A DNA stretch of 64,000 nt from Octopus sinensis (taxonomy: Eukaryota): assembly GCF_006345805.1 (NCBI RefSeq), contig NC_043002.1, positions 107,446,001 through 107,510,000 of the forward strand. Direction: 5' to 3'. Position 1 is the stretch's first letter. Each line of letters begins with the position of its first letter. A program made the translations under genes and the position numbers. This document shows, piece by piece, positions 1 to 13,244 of this stretch. A model generated the notes under the pieces. The model did no database searches, was not told the DNA's origin, and saw nothing but the letters and a program-made list of their open reading frames with translations.

Positions 1-72
1 ATTTACTTTCGCTCAGATATGAGTATTTTCGGCAATACACGGCAACCCACGAATTGTGGATTCTTCTTCCTC

Positions 73-75
73 TCC

Positions 76-129
<54 letters not shown>

Positions 130-161
130 TACACACACACCCACATACACACACACACACA
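73..161. repeat. (TC)n/(AC)n compound microsatellite
   Basis: Directly visible dinucleotide runs; representative of dozens of (TA)n, (TG)n, (TC)n and (ATT)n tracts in the window. Confidence 0.95.
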
Positions 162-818
162 TAGAAAAGTTGTCGGCCCCAAAAAATCAAATTTTCGGTT
201 TCGTTCAAGGTGTGCCGACAGGATGAATTGAACCCAACATTGCAAGTCAATAAAACATTTATTAGCGTTTTTTTTTTTTTTTAATCACCGAAGGGCAACA
301 CCGATGGCCCTTTTTCAGGGCCGTTGAGACCTGTGAGGGGTGGGAAACAGCAAGTCATCCTCTGAGAGGATCCCTGATGTGAATGTTGACAATAAAAAGG
401 CCCTCATTCAAGACGCCCCAGAACCATTCAGTGCTATTTAACCGAACCAACACCAGTTTTCCATTTATCACAAATACGAAAGTTTTGTTTAGCCCTAATA
501 TTTGTGTTGTTGTTATTGCTTAACCCCCAGGAGGGCTGTGAATGAACAGACCTATATACAAAACTCTTCCAGCTTCTTAGACATTCCGATATTCTTCGTG
601 TGTTGTTAAGACGGTAACATTATTTGAGGGAGATTTCATTGTTATGCCCTTTATTTATTATTTTTTATTATCAAAGATCGGATGCGGTCATAATAGGAGT
701 TGTGAACCTAGCTAAGACAATCGGTGAACTTTCGTTGAGTGCGTTAAACAGCATTCTAGAAAGGAAGTTTTGTAGATGTGTTCAAATTCCCCCGAGTGAT
801 ATATATATATATATATAT

Positions 819-1142
819 TACTCTTTTACTTGTTTCAGTCATTTGACTGCGGCCATGCTGGAGCAACTCGACCCCTTATTCTTTGTAAGCCCAGTACTTA
901 TTCTATCGATAAACACGCCAGCATCGGTTGTCAAGCACAGGCACACAAACACACACGCACATATATATACATATATACGACGGGCTTCTTTCAGTTTCCG
1001 TCTACCAAATCCACTCACAAGGCTTTGGTCGGCCCGAGGCTATAGTAGAAGACACTTGCCCAAGGTGCCACGCAGTGGGACTGAACCCGGAACCATGTGG
1101 TTGGTAAAGCAAGCTACTTACCACACAGCCACTCCTGCACCT
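819..1142 (-). mobile_element. tRNA-derived SINE, family B
   Basis: Reverse complement of the recurrent unit GCAGGAGTGGCTGTGTGGTAAG...GGTTCAGTCCC...GACTGAAACAAGTAAAAGAG, seen many times in the window. Confidence 0.85.
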
Positions 1143-1345
1143 ATATAATATATATATATGTGTGTGTGTGTGTGACAGAGAGGGGAGGTGGAGGAGGTTC
1201 TCGCATATGACATGAACCAGGGCCAGATTTAAGGATAAACTAAACAAACAGCAGCTTAGGGCCTCACAATCCCGTGGGGGATCGGATTAATTAAATGACA
1301 AATATTTCTTATTGAACGGCATAACGCGCAAACTATTTGGAAAAT

Positions 1346-1750
1346 GAGTGACTGTGTGGTAAGTAGCTTGCTTACAAACCACATGGTACCGGGTTCAGTC
1401 CCACTGCGTGGCATCTTGGGCAAGTGTCTTCTGCTATAACCTCGGGCCGACCAAAGCCCTTGTGAGTGGATTTGGTAGACGGAAACTGAAAGAAGTCCGT
1501 CATATATATATATATATATATACGTGTGTATATATATATATATGTATGTGTGTCTGTGTTTGTCCCCCCCCCCAACATTGCTTGACAACCGATGCTGGTG
1601 TGTTTACGTCCCCGTTACTTAGCAGTTCGGCAAAAAGAGACCGATAGAATAAGCACTAGGCTTACAAAGTCCTGGGATCGATTTGCTCGACTAAAGGCGG
1701 TGCTCCAGCATAGCCACTGCCAAATGACTGAAACAAGTAGAGTAAAAGAG
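1346..1750 (+). mobile_element. tRNA-derived SINE, family B
   Basis: A/B-box-like head, internal (TA)n/(TG)n tract, GAGTAAAAGAG tail. Confidence 0.85.
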
Positions 1751-1776
1751 TATCCATTGCATTGTAGTTTATATAC

Positions 1777-1837
<61 letters not shown>

Positions 1838-2221
1838 CATATATATAGGTGTATTAGTGGTAATAAAACATAGGGCCAATTTAATTCATGGGATAATAAT
1901 TGTCTGCGGTGATATTTTTTAAATTTCACGTTTAAAAAAGAAAGTATGATGCATTTTAGAAAATTTCAGAACTTTAGTCACAGAAAAAGTCCCAGTTTTG
2001 GTTATGAAAAACAAACTCACAAGGAAAATGTTCTATTTTATTTAAATACCTTAAACAATAATTCAACAAGACTTTGTCGTTTCTGTAAAATATTATAAAC
2101 GCATGTTATCCGGTGTTGCTTAATATGTCTTCGATGAGACAAAAACAAACGTTTAATTTGACTTTTACTGGTTTTCCTTTTCCTGCGACTGTTGGCATTT
2201 GCCAAAACACTAAATATATAC

Positions 2222-2620
2222 TTACTTTCTACTTTTACTCTTTTACTTGTTTCAGTCATTTGACTGTGGCCATGCTGGAGCACCGCCTTTAATCGAGCAA
2301 CTCGACCCCGGGACTTATTCTTTTGTAAGCCCAGTACTTATTCTATCGGTCTCTTTTGCCGAACCGCTAAGTAACGGGGACGTAAACACACCAGCATCGG
2401 TTGTCAAGCAATGCTAGGGGGACAAATACAGACACGCATATATATATATATATACATGTATACGACAGGCTTCTTTCAGTTTCCGTCTACCAAATCCACT
2501 CACAAGGCTTTGGTCGGCCCGAGGCTATAGTAGAAGACACTTGCCCAAGGTGCCACGCAGTGGGACTGAACCCGGAACCATGTGGTTAGTAAACAAGCTA
2601 CTTACCACACAGCCACTCCT
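2222..2620 (-). mobile_element. tRNA-derived SINE, family B
   Basis: Near-complete reverse copy of the same unit. Confidence 0.85.
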
Positions 2621-2820
2621 ACATCGATATTATTTTCTCATATTTCGATTAAGTTTCCCTTTCATCCTACTTGAAGCTGTGTTACAATCCCATTTTCAGC
2701 CTCCTTAATAACTGCCATTAATGTCGCCACTGATTCTGTTCTCACCCTTTTATAAACTTGAAACTGTCTTGTCTCTTGTAGAAAAACAAAATCTTTATTT
2801 TCTTCATAATTACTTAATAA

Positions 2821-3214
2821 CGAGCAGTATCGCCCGGCTTTGCTCGGGTTTGTTTCGACCCTTTAGAATTGGAATTTTTGAAAAGTAAAAATGTTGCATT
2901 ATGTAGCTTGTTATTCTCTTTAAGTGAACATTTTTCTGGTTGAAATACACCGAAAAATGGCGACACAGCAGTCAAAAAATCGTAAAAAATAGGGATTTTC
3001 ATAGAAAAAAAGCACCTTTTTGATGTAAATAATTTTTGGTGTTAACATGGTCCGATTTGAATTTTGTCTCCTACGGAAGGAAGAGCAAGCCTTCTTCTAT
3101 CATACTCTCAATTTTAGTCTACTTGCGCCGCAGGGTCTTGGAGGAGATAGTGTTAGTTGAAGGCTACCAAACCTGCCATACACAGACAATTTCAGCTTTA
3201 TATATAGAGAGAGA
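2821..3214 (-). mobile_element. Non-autonomous Helitron (second family)
   Basis: Minus strand starts TC(TCTCTCTATATATAAAG) and ends with a CCCGAGCAAAGCCGGG hairpin + GATACTG-CTCG (CTAG mutated); interior differs from the 14.4/26.6/40.8 kb family. Confidence 0.65.
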
Positions 3215-3941
3215 TCTATGACGACATATACCGGCTTGGAGGATTTTAAAGGCAGGTCAGTTGCAAAAAAAATAATAATAATTAGAAGCTACGTCACTAA
3301 AACAATACACAACTTAGTCACGTAGATGAATTCATTCTCTTAGAGGATTAGATCGGATTTAATTAAATTGTTAATCCTACAGGTTTAAATATAATCAATT
3401 TCATTACAAAAATTATTTAAAATTAAAAGATTTTAGTAATGGTGTCAAGGGAGGTAACTTTTATAGAGTTAACTCCCTTATCGACTACATATTCGAGAGA
3501 GATGAAGTAATTGAGAAGGAAGGAAATAAGTTCTGTTAATAAAAGTTATCAGATGAGTCACAATTTTTTAAAAATTTCTACCAAGTTTATTGAATAGATT
3601 TCCATCTCCACGTGGTTATTATCCTACTTTGGTTAATATTTACTTTTTGTGCAAAAACCATTTGATGCAGGTATTTCTCTTCTAATCGAACAAACTTTTG
3701 ACACCTGAGTAGCAGATCGAACCCACGGTGATCATTATTTACAAAATTCGATTTGATATTCATAAATGACCAAACTATAAATGATAAGTATGGTTTATAA
3801 ACACTGCCCCTTTTACACATGAACGGTGATGATGATGGGGGGTGGAGAGAAATATTGGTTTCTCTGCAAATCGTAAAAAGTTTGTTTTGAATCGAAAAGG
3901 CAAAAATGATCGTATTTTTTTAATAAATATTAAAATCTCCT

Positions 3942-3976
<35 letters not shown>

Positions 3977-6329
3977 ATGTGTGTGTGTATGTGTGTGTGT
4001 GTGTGTGAGGGAGAGAGGGAGTGTTGAAACCTATCTTAAGTATCAATGTACTTTTCAAAAATACTTCACATGTGATATTTTTACGAAAGGTACCAAATTT
4101 CTGGAATTGTTTTGTATAATAATAATAGTAATAATAGTAATAATAATAATAATAAAACTTTCAGTCATGTGTAGGTTGCATTATTGGCATTTTTAACGAG
4201 CCTGGAAGAATGGAAGGCGAAACTGACCTCGGCGGGATTCGAACTTAGAATGTGAAAGTCTGTAACAAAATACAGCAAGACATTTTGCCTAAGTCATGCT
4301 AGCTGTTTCATGAGTGGTATTGGTAGGATGACCGAGCATATTTACTATATTTTTACCCGCCAAAACTCTAACCGCCAACCATAGAAGAATGATGCAGCTA
4401 TCACCAAACCGTGACATTTTCACGTCATGCTTCCTGCTCATTCGTTTTCTCACTGAGCAAGCGGCAATGTCAGAGCCGTCTGACCTCATCGTGCACCCTT
4501 GTTTTTATTCATTTTGTTTTGTTTTGGGTTTTTTTCTATGGTGGTTAACCTTGACAAACTGAACATATCTTCCAATTCTCCTATATTCAGGGTGTAAGGG
4601 GAAATGGCAAACTCAGAGAAGCAACAGCGAAGTGAATCGTCTGCTGCCAATGAATAAATTAACAATCTGCTGAGATGTGTTGATCGCTCTGTTTCCCCAT
4701 AGTTTGTACGCCCGTACATGTGTTTTTCAGGGTATTTATACATATTCATGGCAGGGAGGGAATTCCCGAGGATTGATGTTGTGAGGGGAAAAGGAAGATT
4801 TTGTAAAGGGGTGGATTAGTGGAGGGCAGACATGGTGATATTCGTGACAACGGGAAGGGAGAATATTTCTTCAGTGACGAGATTTAAGGAGTTTCGAAAT
4901 AGACGGTATCCAATTAGCTAGAAATACCAGCCAGACTTTTCTCACTTCACACCTTACAATCTTTGAAATCGTATAAGCACATTGCATTCAATAAGTTTTA
5001 CATTAACATATGATATTACATATGTTACGTTTGGGTGGTAGAAAGCGGGATGGTAATAGCAGGAACACATTGGTTTCATGAGCATATGGAGTCAGGTCTG
5101 ACCTAGGGTTAAATAATAACATAGGGTTTGTTTTAATTAAAATTATAATTTTTTTAATATTGCATTGAGAATCAGTCTAGCCGTGTGCTTACTGAAGTTT
5201 GACTTTGCCTGTCATCAATCTAGGCTCAATAAAATAGTATCAATCAAATATTGGAATCAATTCAATGAACTTAGTGGAAGTAGTTGATAAAAAATCGATT
5301 GGTTTGGGAGAAAAATGATCTGTGATGGTTGTGAAGCATTTGAAGCAGAAAGAATTGAACACTCCATCTTGAAATGATGACTTTGTAAATGAGACTTGAC
5401 TTCAATCCTAGCCATTTCTCTGCCTGAAAATGTTTGTAACATCTGCAAGTTGGATCTGTTTGTTCAAAGTCCTGACTTGATTGTCATATGAGTTCAGTTA
5501 TTGTGAAGAGATGGCCTTCCTCTGTAAAGAAGTGGAAATCACCACACATACACAAACACACTTTCTCATCAAAATTTGTGAAACATTTTAGAGATTATTT
5601 TCTTAATGAATTTATTTTATTTTTTATTCAAATTCTATTTTATTCTTATTATTTTATTTAAATTCTATTTTATATACAGTTTTCTTTCAAACTTTTATTT
5701 CATTATGAAAAGATTTTTTTTTTACCTCTGTAGTGGAAATGAAAATCTGACAAAAATATTTTATCTCTTTCAGTTTAATTCAAACCCCATTTCATATTCA
5801 AGGAATTTTACTTCATCATACTGAGGAATATCTTACCTTTTTGGAATACTATTCAAGGAAATTAAAAGTTATCCACTAGTTTTGCAGGTAAACCAGCAAT
5901 TCCATATATATACATATATATAATAATGTGTGTTTTGACAAATGTCTGCTTCACTTACCACTTTTGTTCTCTGTGTATCTCGGACCCTATAATGAATGTT
6001 TCATGAAGAAATGAAAATAGGTCATCTTAGAACCTTGATGTTTTGTTTTAGCCTACATCTTTTTTTGTAGGGTCCCTAACGACAGTGGGTAGGTGAGTGG
6101 GAAAAGGAAGAAGGAACCATGGTTCATTGAATGGGATCACCAGAACAGGTTTTTTAAGTTTCTTTTTTTAATTTGAGAACAGAGACCTAATCCCAAAACC
6201 TGCAAGAAAGTTGATTCTGCTGAAAGGACCCAAGGCCTGGGTGGTGAGGCTTAAATCTTTGACCCTAAGAACAAGAATCAGTTCTGCTCATCTGACAGGT
6301 TTCTAGTTCAGTTTCCATTTCAGTAGTTA

Positions 6330-6655
6330 GAACGTTGGGCTCACAATTATGAGGTAGTGAGTTCGATTCTCAGACCAGATTGTGTGTTGTGTTCTTGAGC
6401 AAGATATTTTATTTCATGTTGCTCCAAATCACTCACCTGTAGAAATGAGTCACAACATCACAGGTGCCAAGCTGTATCAGCCTCTGCCTTTCCCTTGGAT
6501 AACACTGGTGGTATGGAGAGGAGAGGCTGGTGTGCATTGGCAAACTGCTGATCTTCCACAACCTTGCCAAGACTTGTGCTTTTGTGGGTGGGGGGAACTT
6601 TCTTGGTGCAATCCCATGGTCATTCATGATTGAAGGGGGTCTTTACTTGGTTGGC
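6330..6655 (+). mobile_element. Degenerate tRNA-derived SINE
   Basis: GAGTTCGATTCTC B-box-like motif followed by TGTTCTTGAGCAAG body. Confidence 0.55.
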
Positions 6656-7789
6656 ACAAAGCTATAATGGAAGATTCATTCTCAAGGTACCAAGCAGAGG
6701 AATTAAATTCAGAACTCCAGGATTTTGAAGTGAACTTTTTAACCAGCACACCTCCATTACAGTAAAATGCCTCAGTTTCTTACTTTCTCACCTGTTACAT
6801 TTGTATCTAGGTACAAACATAAATTAACACATTAACTGTCACAGCTGTTACTGCAACTTACCAGTAACCTTACATTTTTCCAGTCACACTGTATATTTTT
6901 TTAATTTCAAGGAAATGTAATTTTTTTGTATATTTACAACATTTCATAATTAAACTTTAATATTTAGCTCTCGTGTTATTTAAATATTCTCAAAACCATG
7001 TCAGAGATACAGAACGAAATATTTTCTCAAATTATGAAAATGTACCACTGGTGGTGCATATGGCAGTTGTGTGAAGTTTACGACAAACCACCAGTGGTAC
7101 ATGTGACAGTTGACGTGTTAATTAATTAGTTAATGGCTACTAATATTTGATTGCCTGGCCCTACTTATTCCCAGAGTCTATTTCATATCCTGACTTTAAA
7201 AATAAAACAAATAAAATAAAATAAAAATAAAACAAACCACAAATAAACGAGATGTTTTTAACCTCATATGATACCTCACTTTTGAACAATGTCCCGGATG
7301 CTTGTTGCTGTTGTTTACTCCTGAACTATGTTGGCTCAAGACAGACCTATATTTAAAACCATTCCAGCCATGACCATCATATCTCTAAGCTATCCGGGGT
7401 TACATTATCTCTTGTGTTTCTTTTCTTATTTAACATTGTAAATTGTGTTTCGTTTTTGGATTTGGTTTGCAAGATTCTTTATATGAGTTAGTGTGTTGAA
7501 GCATATTTTGTTGTGTCTGGGGAGAGTCATTTTCTTTTTGTGCCTTATAATGTAACACACTCACCGGTGAGGCACAAAAAGAAAATGATTCTTCCCAGAC
7601 ACAACAGAATTGTAAATTGTGGTTTTTCTTCTTGTTATTTAACCCGTCCCTGCCCCTCCATATTTGTTGTAATCCTCTTGACCTATGACTAGAAATGTTT
7701 CAGTCATGATTGACCATGCAGCAGTTTTCTTTCTTTTCTTTTTCCCTTCTACAGCCTAAGTATATCTTGGACAATATAATCTAAACAAA

Positions 7790-8072
7790 CGTGGCCGATG
7801 CCAGCGCCGCTTTGGCTGGCTTCCGTGCCAGTAGCACGTTAAAAGCACCAACCAATCATGGCCAATGCCAGACTCCACTGGCACCTGTGCCGGTAGCACG
7901 TAAAAAGCACCCACTACACTCGCGGAGTGGTTGACGTTAGGAAGGGCATCCAGCTGTAGAAACACTGCCAGATCAGACTGGAGCCTGGTGTAGCCCCTGG
8001 CTTCACAGACCCCGGTCAAACCGTCCAACCCGTGCTAGCGCGGAAAACGGACATTAAACGATGATAATGATG
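7790..8072 (+). mobile_element. SINE-like repeat, family C, (GAT)n tail
   Basis: Recurrent GGCACGTAAAAAGCACC...TTAGGAAGGGCATCCAGCTGTAG...CGTTAAACGATGAT unit. Confidence 0.8.
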
Positions 8073-8329
8073 TCCTCCTGTTTTTATAAGACACCAGAGT
8101 GAAACTTCAGAGTGATTTGACTGTTGTTACTAGCAAGTTGAACCACCTTCATTATCCCGTTTTATTAACCCTTTTAACTCTAAACAGCTTGAAACTGTCC
8201 TCTAGTTTTATGATATGAACTCTTTGTTTTAAACTTATCTTAATTATAACCTTCCATTCAAATTTCATGCTAATTTGTGTTCCAAACTCCAGCTTTATGA
8301 TTTCAAACTTTGGTACATAGCCAGCAATT

Positions 8330-8510
8330 ATGGGGAAAGGAATAAGTTGATTATATCAACCACAGTCTTCAGTTGGTACTTATGTATCAATCCTGCAAGG
8401 ATGACAGGCAACCCTGGCGGAATTTGAACTCAGAATGTTAAGAAGAATGAAACGCCACAAAGCATTTTGCCTGGCAAGCTAATGTTTCTGCCCATTCTCT
8501 GCCTTAAGCA
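8330..8510 (-). mobile_element. SINE family A, degenerate
   Basis: Reverse GGCGGAATTTGAACTCAGAA B-box and GGTACTTA core. Confidence 0.65.
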
Positions 8511-8569
8511 CCCGCTTAATTATGGTAAACTTATATCAATAAATTCTTCATTATTTTGAAAAGTTAACT

Positions 8570-8937
8570 CCGTGCCGGTGGCATGTAAAAAGCACCATTC
8601 ATGCGTGATCGTTACCAGCATCACCTTTCTAGCACTTGTGCAGGTGGCACGTGAAAAAAACATTTGAGCGAGGTCATTGCTAGTGCAGGCGGCACGTAAA
8701 AAACACCATTTGAGCGTGGCCGTTGCCAGTACTGCCTGACTGGCCCTCATGCCAGTGGCATGAAAAAGCATCCACTACACTGTTGGAGTGGTTGGCATTA
8801 GGAAGGGCATCCAGCTGTAGAAACTCTGCCAGATAAGATTGGAGCCTGGTGCAGCCAACTGGTTCGCCAGTCCTCAGTCAAATCGTCCAACACATGCTAG
8901 CTTGGAAAGCAGACGTTAAACGATGATGATGATGATA
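8570..8937 (+). mobile_element. SINE-like repeat, family C
   Basis: Several internal GGCACGTAAAAAGCACC subrepeats and a (GAT)n tail. Confidence 0.8.
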
Positions 8938-9732
8938 ACTGGAACAAAGGTAGAATATTTGAACAGAAATTTTGGTAATGAAAGGTTCCAATCATATACA
9001 CCTGCTTGGTCCTTTGTTGACCACTGGACTCCAGTATAAGGTACAATGCATTTCTTGGTTCAAGCAGCCTTTTAATTTATGTTAGAATGGTTAACCAATA
9101 GGTAACAGTGTGCTTTTGTGTCTTTGTTTTAATCTCCTCTTTGCTATTTTAGGTCTTTCTCCCTTCATACTGTTACTAACTACCCAACTGTGAAGTAGGA
9201 CTGAAACCTGTCTGCTTTGTTTTAGCCATCTAGACTCAAAACAAACTGACAAGGGATCCTTTACATGGTCACAGGACTTCCAAGAGAAGGCAGTCAGATA
9301 GATAGATATGTGTGTGTGCTAAAGGTGAACAATTTGAAACTTTGTAATTAGTGTCCTTGTAATAGTTTAATAAGTACGTACTCTAGTATATATTAGTGTA
9401 CTAGAGTATGTACTCTAGTACTCTATAAGTATTGAGTAATCCTTCGGTTTAATGTTAAAATGTTTTTATATAAAACTTGACTTAGAAAACATTTATGTGT
9501 GTGTGTGTACATATATCAACGTCATTTCATATCCATTTTCTATGCTCGCTTGGGTTGGACACCGACAGGTGCTGGCAACCCGGAGAGCTGCATCAGGCTC
9601 CACTTGTCTGTTTTGGCATGGTTTCTATGGCTGGGTGCCTTTCATGTGGCACCAGCATGGGAGCTTTTTATGTGGCGCCAGGACAGGTGCTTTTTATGTG
9701 GTGCCAGCATGGGTGCTTTATATGTGTATATA

Positions 9733-9783
<51 letters not shown>

Positions 9784-10693
9784 ACACACGCACACACACA
9801 TATATACACACATATATATATATACTTTCTGAAATGAGGCAGATTTGAATTGTATTTCACAGAAATAAAACAAAATAATTATTGTAAAACGGGGAGGAGG
9901 AATTGTGAAGCATTTTACTTTCTTTTTTTTATTATTATTTTTTGGGGTGAAGATGGACTTACTTGAACACACACGCAGAGTGCATTCATGCATGGCTTGT
10001 GTGTAACTTAGAAACCACCTTTTTTTTGTTTACCTTCCTTTAAGCAAGCACCCATTGGTGTTTAGCCGACACAGAGCTTGCAATAGGAGGAACCTTTTCT
10101 GATAAGTTTTTGAAATCATTGTAAGTAATCAACGCAGCCACCCACCCCTCTAACTAATGATGATGTGAGTTGGTAAGAAAGTTAGTCATCTTTTATGTGA
10201 GTCTCGTTAAAGTCTTTGAAACTTGCAGTAATTAATAACCCTATTCAGGATCATCTCTGACCTATATCAAGCCTGCCAGATCATGTCTAAAAATAAATTA
10301 AACTCTTCCCACCTTTATTTTTACCTTCTGGTTTTCTTCTGCTCTTTGCTTTATATATTTTGTTATGTATTTTATTTTTCTTATATATTTCTTTTTCAAT
10401 TTATTTTCTCAAATTTTAACTTCTGTCGCCATTCTGTTCGCATTCAGTGGTTTTGTTCATATGATATACAGTCAACAAATATTACATATACATACATATA
10501 CACATGCATACAGACACACACACACACACACATGGTGTTTTTACACCTTTTACCATAAAGAGAATTTCTTCTCCACAGTAACTGCATTGAATTTACCTTT
10601 AGGCATTGAAATATGTCACAAACATGTCTTAACTAATTTAAAGTTCACTTAAGCCAGAACTCTGCTTGGTGCTGATACCAACAAATATATATA

Positions 10694-10736
<43 letters not shown>

Positions 10737-10794
10737 TTAAAGAATAAAGAGAAAATGGAGAAGATTATTTATTAATTATAAAACATGACAACAT

Positions 10795-10878
10795 CTCTGA
10801 CAGCTGTTTCGATTCAGAAATCTTTAGATAATTAATTTATAAAATTAAGATCATTATAAGATGAAACTCTTCAGAGGT
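10795..10878 (-). ncRNA. Type I hammerhead ribozyme motif with long stem II (Penelope pLTR-type)
   Basis: Minus strand: CUGAAGA core, long AU-rich stem II (G-UUUCA...UGAAUC), GAAA, palindromic stem III ACAGCUGU, GUC triplet; stem I is weak. Confidence 0.65.
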
Positions 10879-11081
10879 AGTAAAGATATACTGATCAGAA
10901 ATACTTGTTGAGATAATGGCTATAAAACCATTATATAGAAAAAGAGCTGGTTATAGAAGGCCTCAATCTAACACAGGGGGTTTATATGGTGACCTTATAG
11001 TTGAACTCTCTATAGATTGATAACTAACCAGTATTTTCATTGGAATTATTATCCCTTAATGAGGTTTATTACCTTTACTTG

Positions 11082-11118
<37 letters not shown>

Positions 11119-11179
11119 CATGATTGATTGCTAGCCACTAAACCTTTTTTATTTTCTCTCTCTGCTTATTTTTGTGTTC

Positions 11180-11215
11180 CTTTCTGTAGAAGAGCGTAGG
11201 CTCGAAACGTAAAAG
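11180..11215 (+). ncRNA. Minimal type I hammerhead-like motif, variant core
   Basis: CUUU | CUGUAGA A | GAGC-GUAG-GCUC | GAAA CGU A | AAAG: perfect 4-bp stems I and II, palindromic ACGU, non-canonical A6U in the core. Confidence 0.55.
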
Positions 11216-11609
11216 ACTTTTTCACTTCCTGAGCATTAAACTAATACATCTATTTGTTGTTTACACACCCATCTTTGTCTTTTGTTTTGTTTTTTTGTAA
11301 ATTCCAACTAATATATATATATGTAAGTATGTATATCGTTGGCTACAGCTCATATCCGAGCATGGGTTCGTCAGTTTCTATTCAGCCACCTCAGCTGGTG
11401 CTTGTTCCGAATGTGACTTTGGAGTCCAAGCTGGTGGTGAAAGAGTCATGGGCAGAATTCGCACAGGATGGTCAGTGCGGTTCGAGGATGTTGAAGACGC
11501 TCCTTTCTTCTCCTGTGTTTTACCTCCTCGTTCTGTTTTCAGTTCTGCTGAAAGTTCAGTTTTTCCTGTTTGCATCACCAAAACCTACATATATATATAT
11601 ATATATATA

Positions 11610-11890
11610 TATATACCACGTGACCGACCAGACCATCAGATGTTGTTACACATCGCTGGTCACAATGCGTTCGCATTGTTTTAGCCTTTGAATGACGCCA
11701 CCCCGCTGGCTAAGCAAGCAGGCCAACAGAAGAAAGAGTGGTGAAAGAGTACAGCAGGGAACACCACACCCTGCCAGAGCGTCATGGAGGTTTTAGGTGT
11801 TTTCGCTCAATAAACACTCGCAACGCCCGGTCTGGGAATCGAAATCGCAATCCTACGACCATGAGTTTGCTGCCCTAACCACTGGGCCAT
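11610..11890 (-). mobile_element. tRNA-derived SINE, family D
   Basis: Reverse of GGCCCAGTGGTTAGGGCAGC...GATTTCGATTCCCAGACC head and body shared with the 21.8 and 28.3 kb copies. Confidence 0.8.
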
Positions 11891-13197
11891 ATACATATAT
11901 ATATATATTTGTCCACTCACACACATATGTGAGTGAGTGGACAAATGAAAGAGCAACACGTTTATTAGGATTTACATGTGTTATTCAAAACAGACCTAAG
12001 GAGACCAGCTCCATTAGGGGCCTGTGAAACTTGAAGTAGCCTGGAATCTGAATCAAACTGTTTCAAATAATGTATGTATGTATGTACTTACATGTGTGAT
12101 TGCTGTCTCTTGCGCTTCCTCTTTCTCATTGACATTTTTGACTTTTGGTCCGTGACTTCTCAGATGATCATTCCTGCTGCAGATCTGCATGGCCTACTGG
12201 TCAGGTCTGCACACATCGTTACTCTTCCATCACCATAGGATTTCAGTAGATGGTATGACAAATGACAGATGATGTCACCATAAAGAAACATCTGTACGTC
12301 ATTGGATTATGTTGATAAATGCTTGTACAACATGAGTGCCACTCTCTAAATCTCTGTGGTTAGTGCCTAGGGACAGGCTGAAGTGAGATGACTAGTAATC
12401 CTGTGAAACTGAAGGTTTTACATCAGTCTCCCGCTCCATGAAGGATGCTGTAACAGCCAGGGGTCCCTCACTCCTGTTGGTTTTATTGTGCACAGCTGTC
12501 AGATGGGTGTTGATTCAACAGAATTTATTTGTCCTTTGATGGGTTTTGTTTCTCATATGTCCTATGAGAACCACTACCCGTACCAAGTAGGCTTGGTAGG
12601 GTTGCCAGTGTAGTTTCCGATTGTGCAACCATGTGGCAAGTTGTCCTGGGCTACATGTTACTGGTAGCATTAAGAGTAACACACTCACCTTACTGTCTTA
12701 GGAAAAGAAGAACTCATCGAATAGTGTAGTCCTAGATGCACCATGGTCACAGCATAAACACACCAGATGTTGTCCTAGGTATTCAGTGTTCAAAAGATGT
12801 ATGATCAAAGTAGTCTTATAGTCTATGACTGGCTCATTAGATAATATATTCATAGATAGTCAATGTCTGTAAAGAAAATGGATGTTCACGAAATATTATC
12901 CTTATAGATCTGCTTGGTCAGGACTTAAATGGGGTTAAAAGAACAAAGAAGAAGAACAACAACAACAACCTAGGGCAATAATTATTGACAATACTTCCCT
13001 ATTTTAATCTGAGAACATTGCATAAAATGCCTTCCACATTTTGGTCATGGCTCTTTACATTCTGGGTTCAAATCACTCCAAGGTCGACTTTGCATTCTCC
13101 AGGGGAATCAAGTACTAATAAAGTATTTGGGTTGATGGCATCAAGTACTGCCCCTCCTCTCCAAATTGCTGACTTGTGCCTAAATCACAAACTGTTA

Positions 13198-13244
<47 letters not shown>

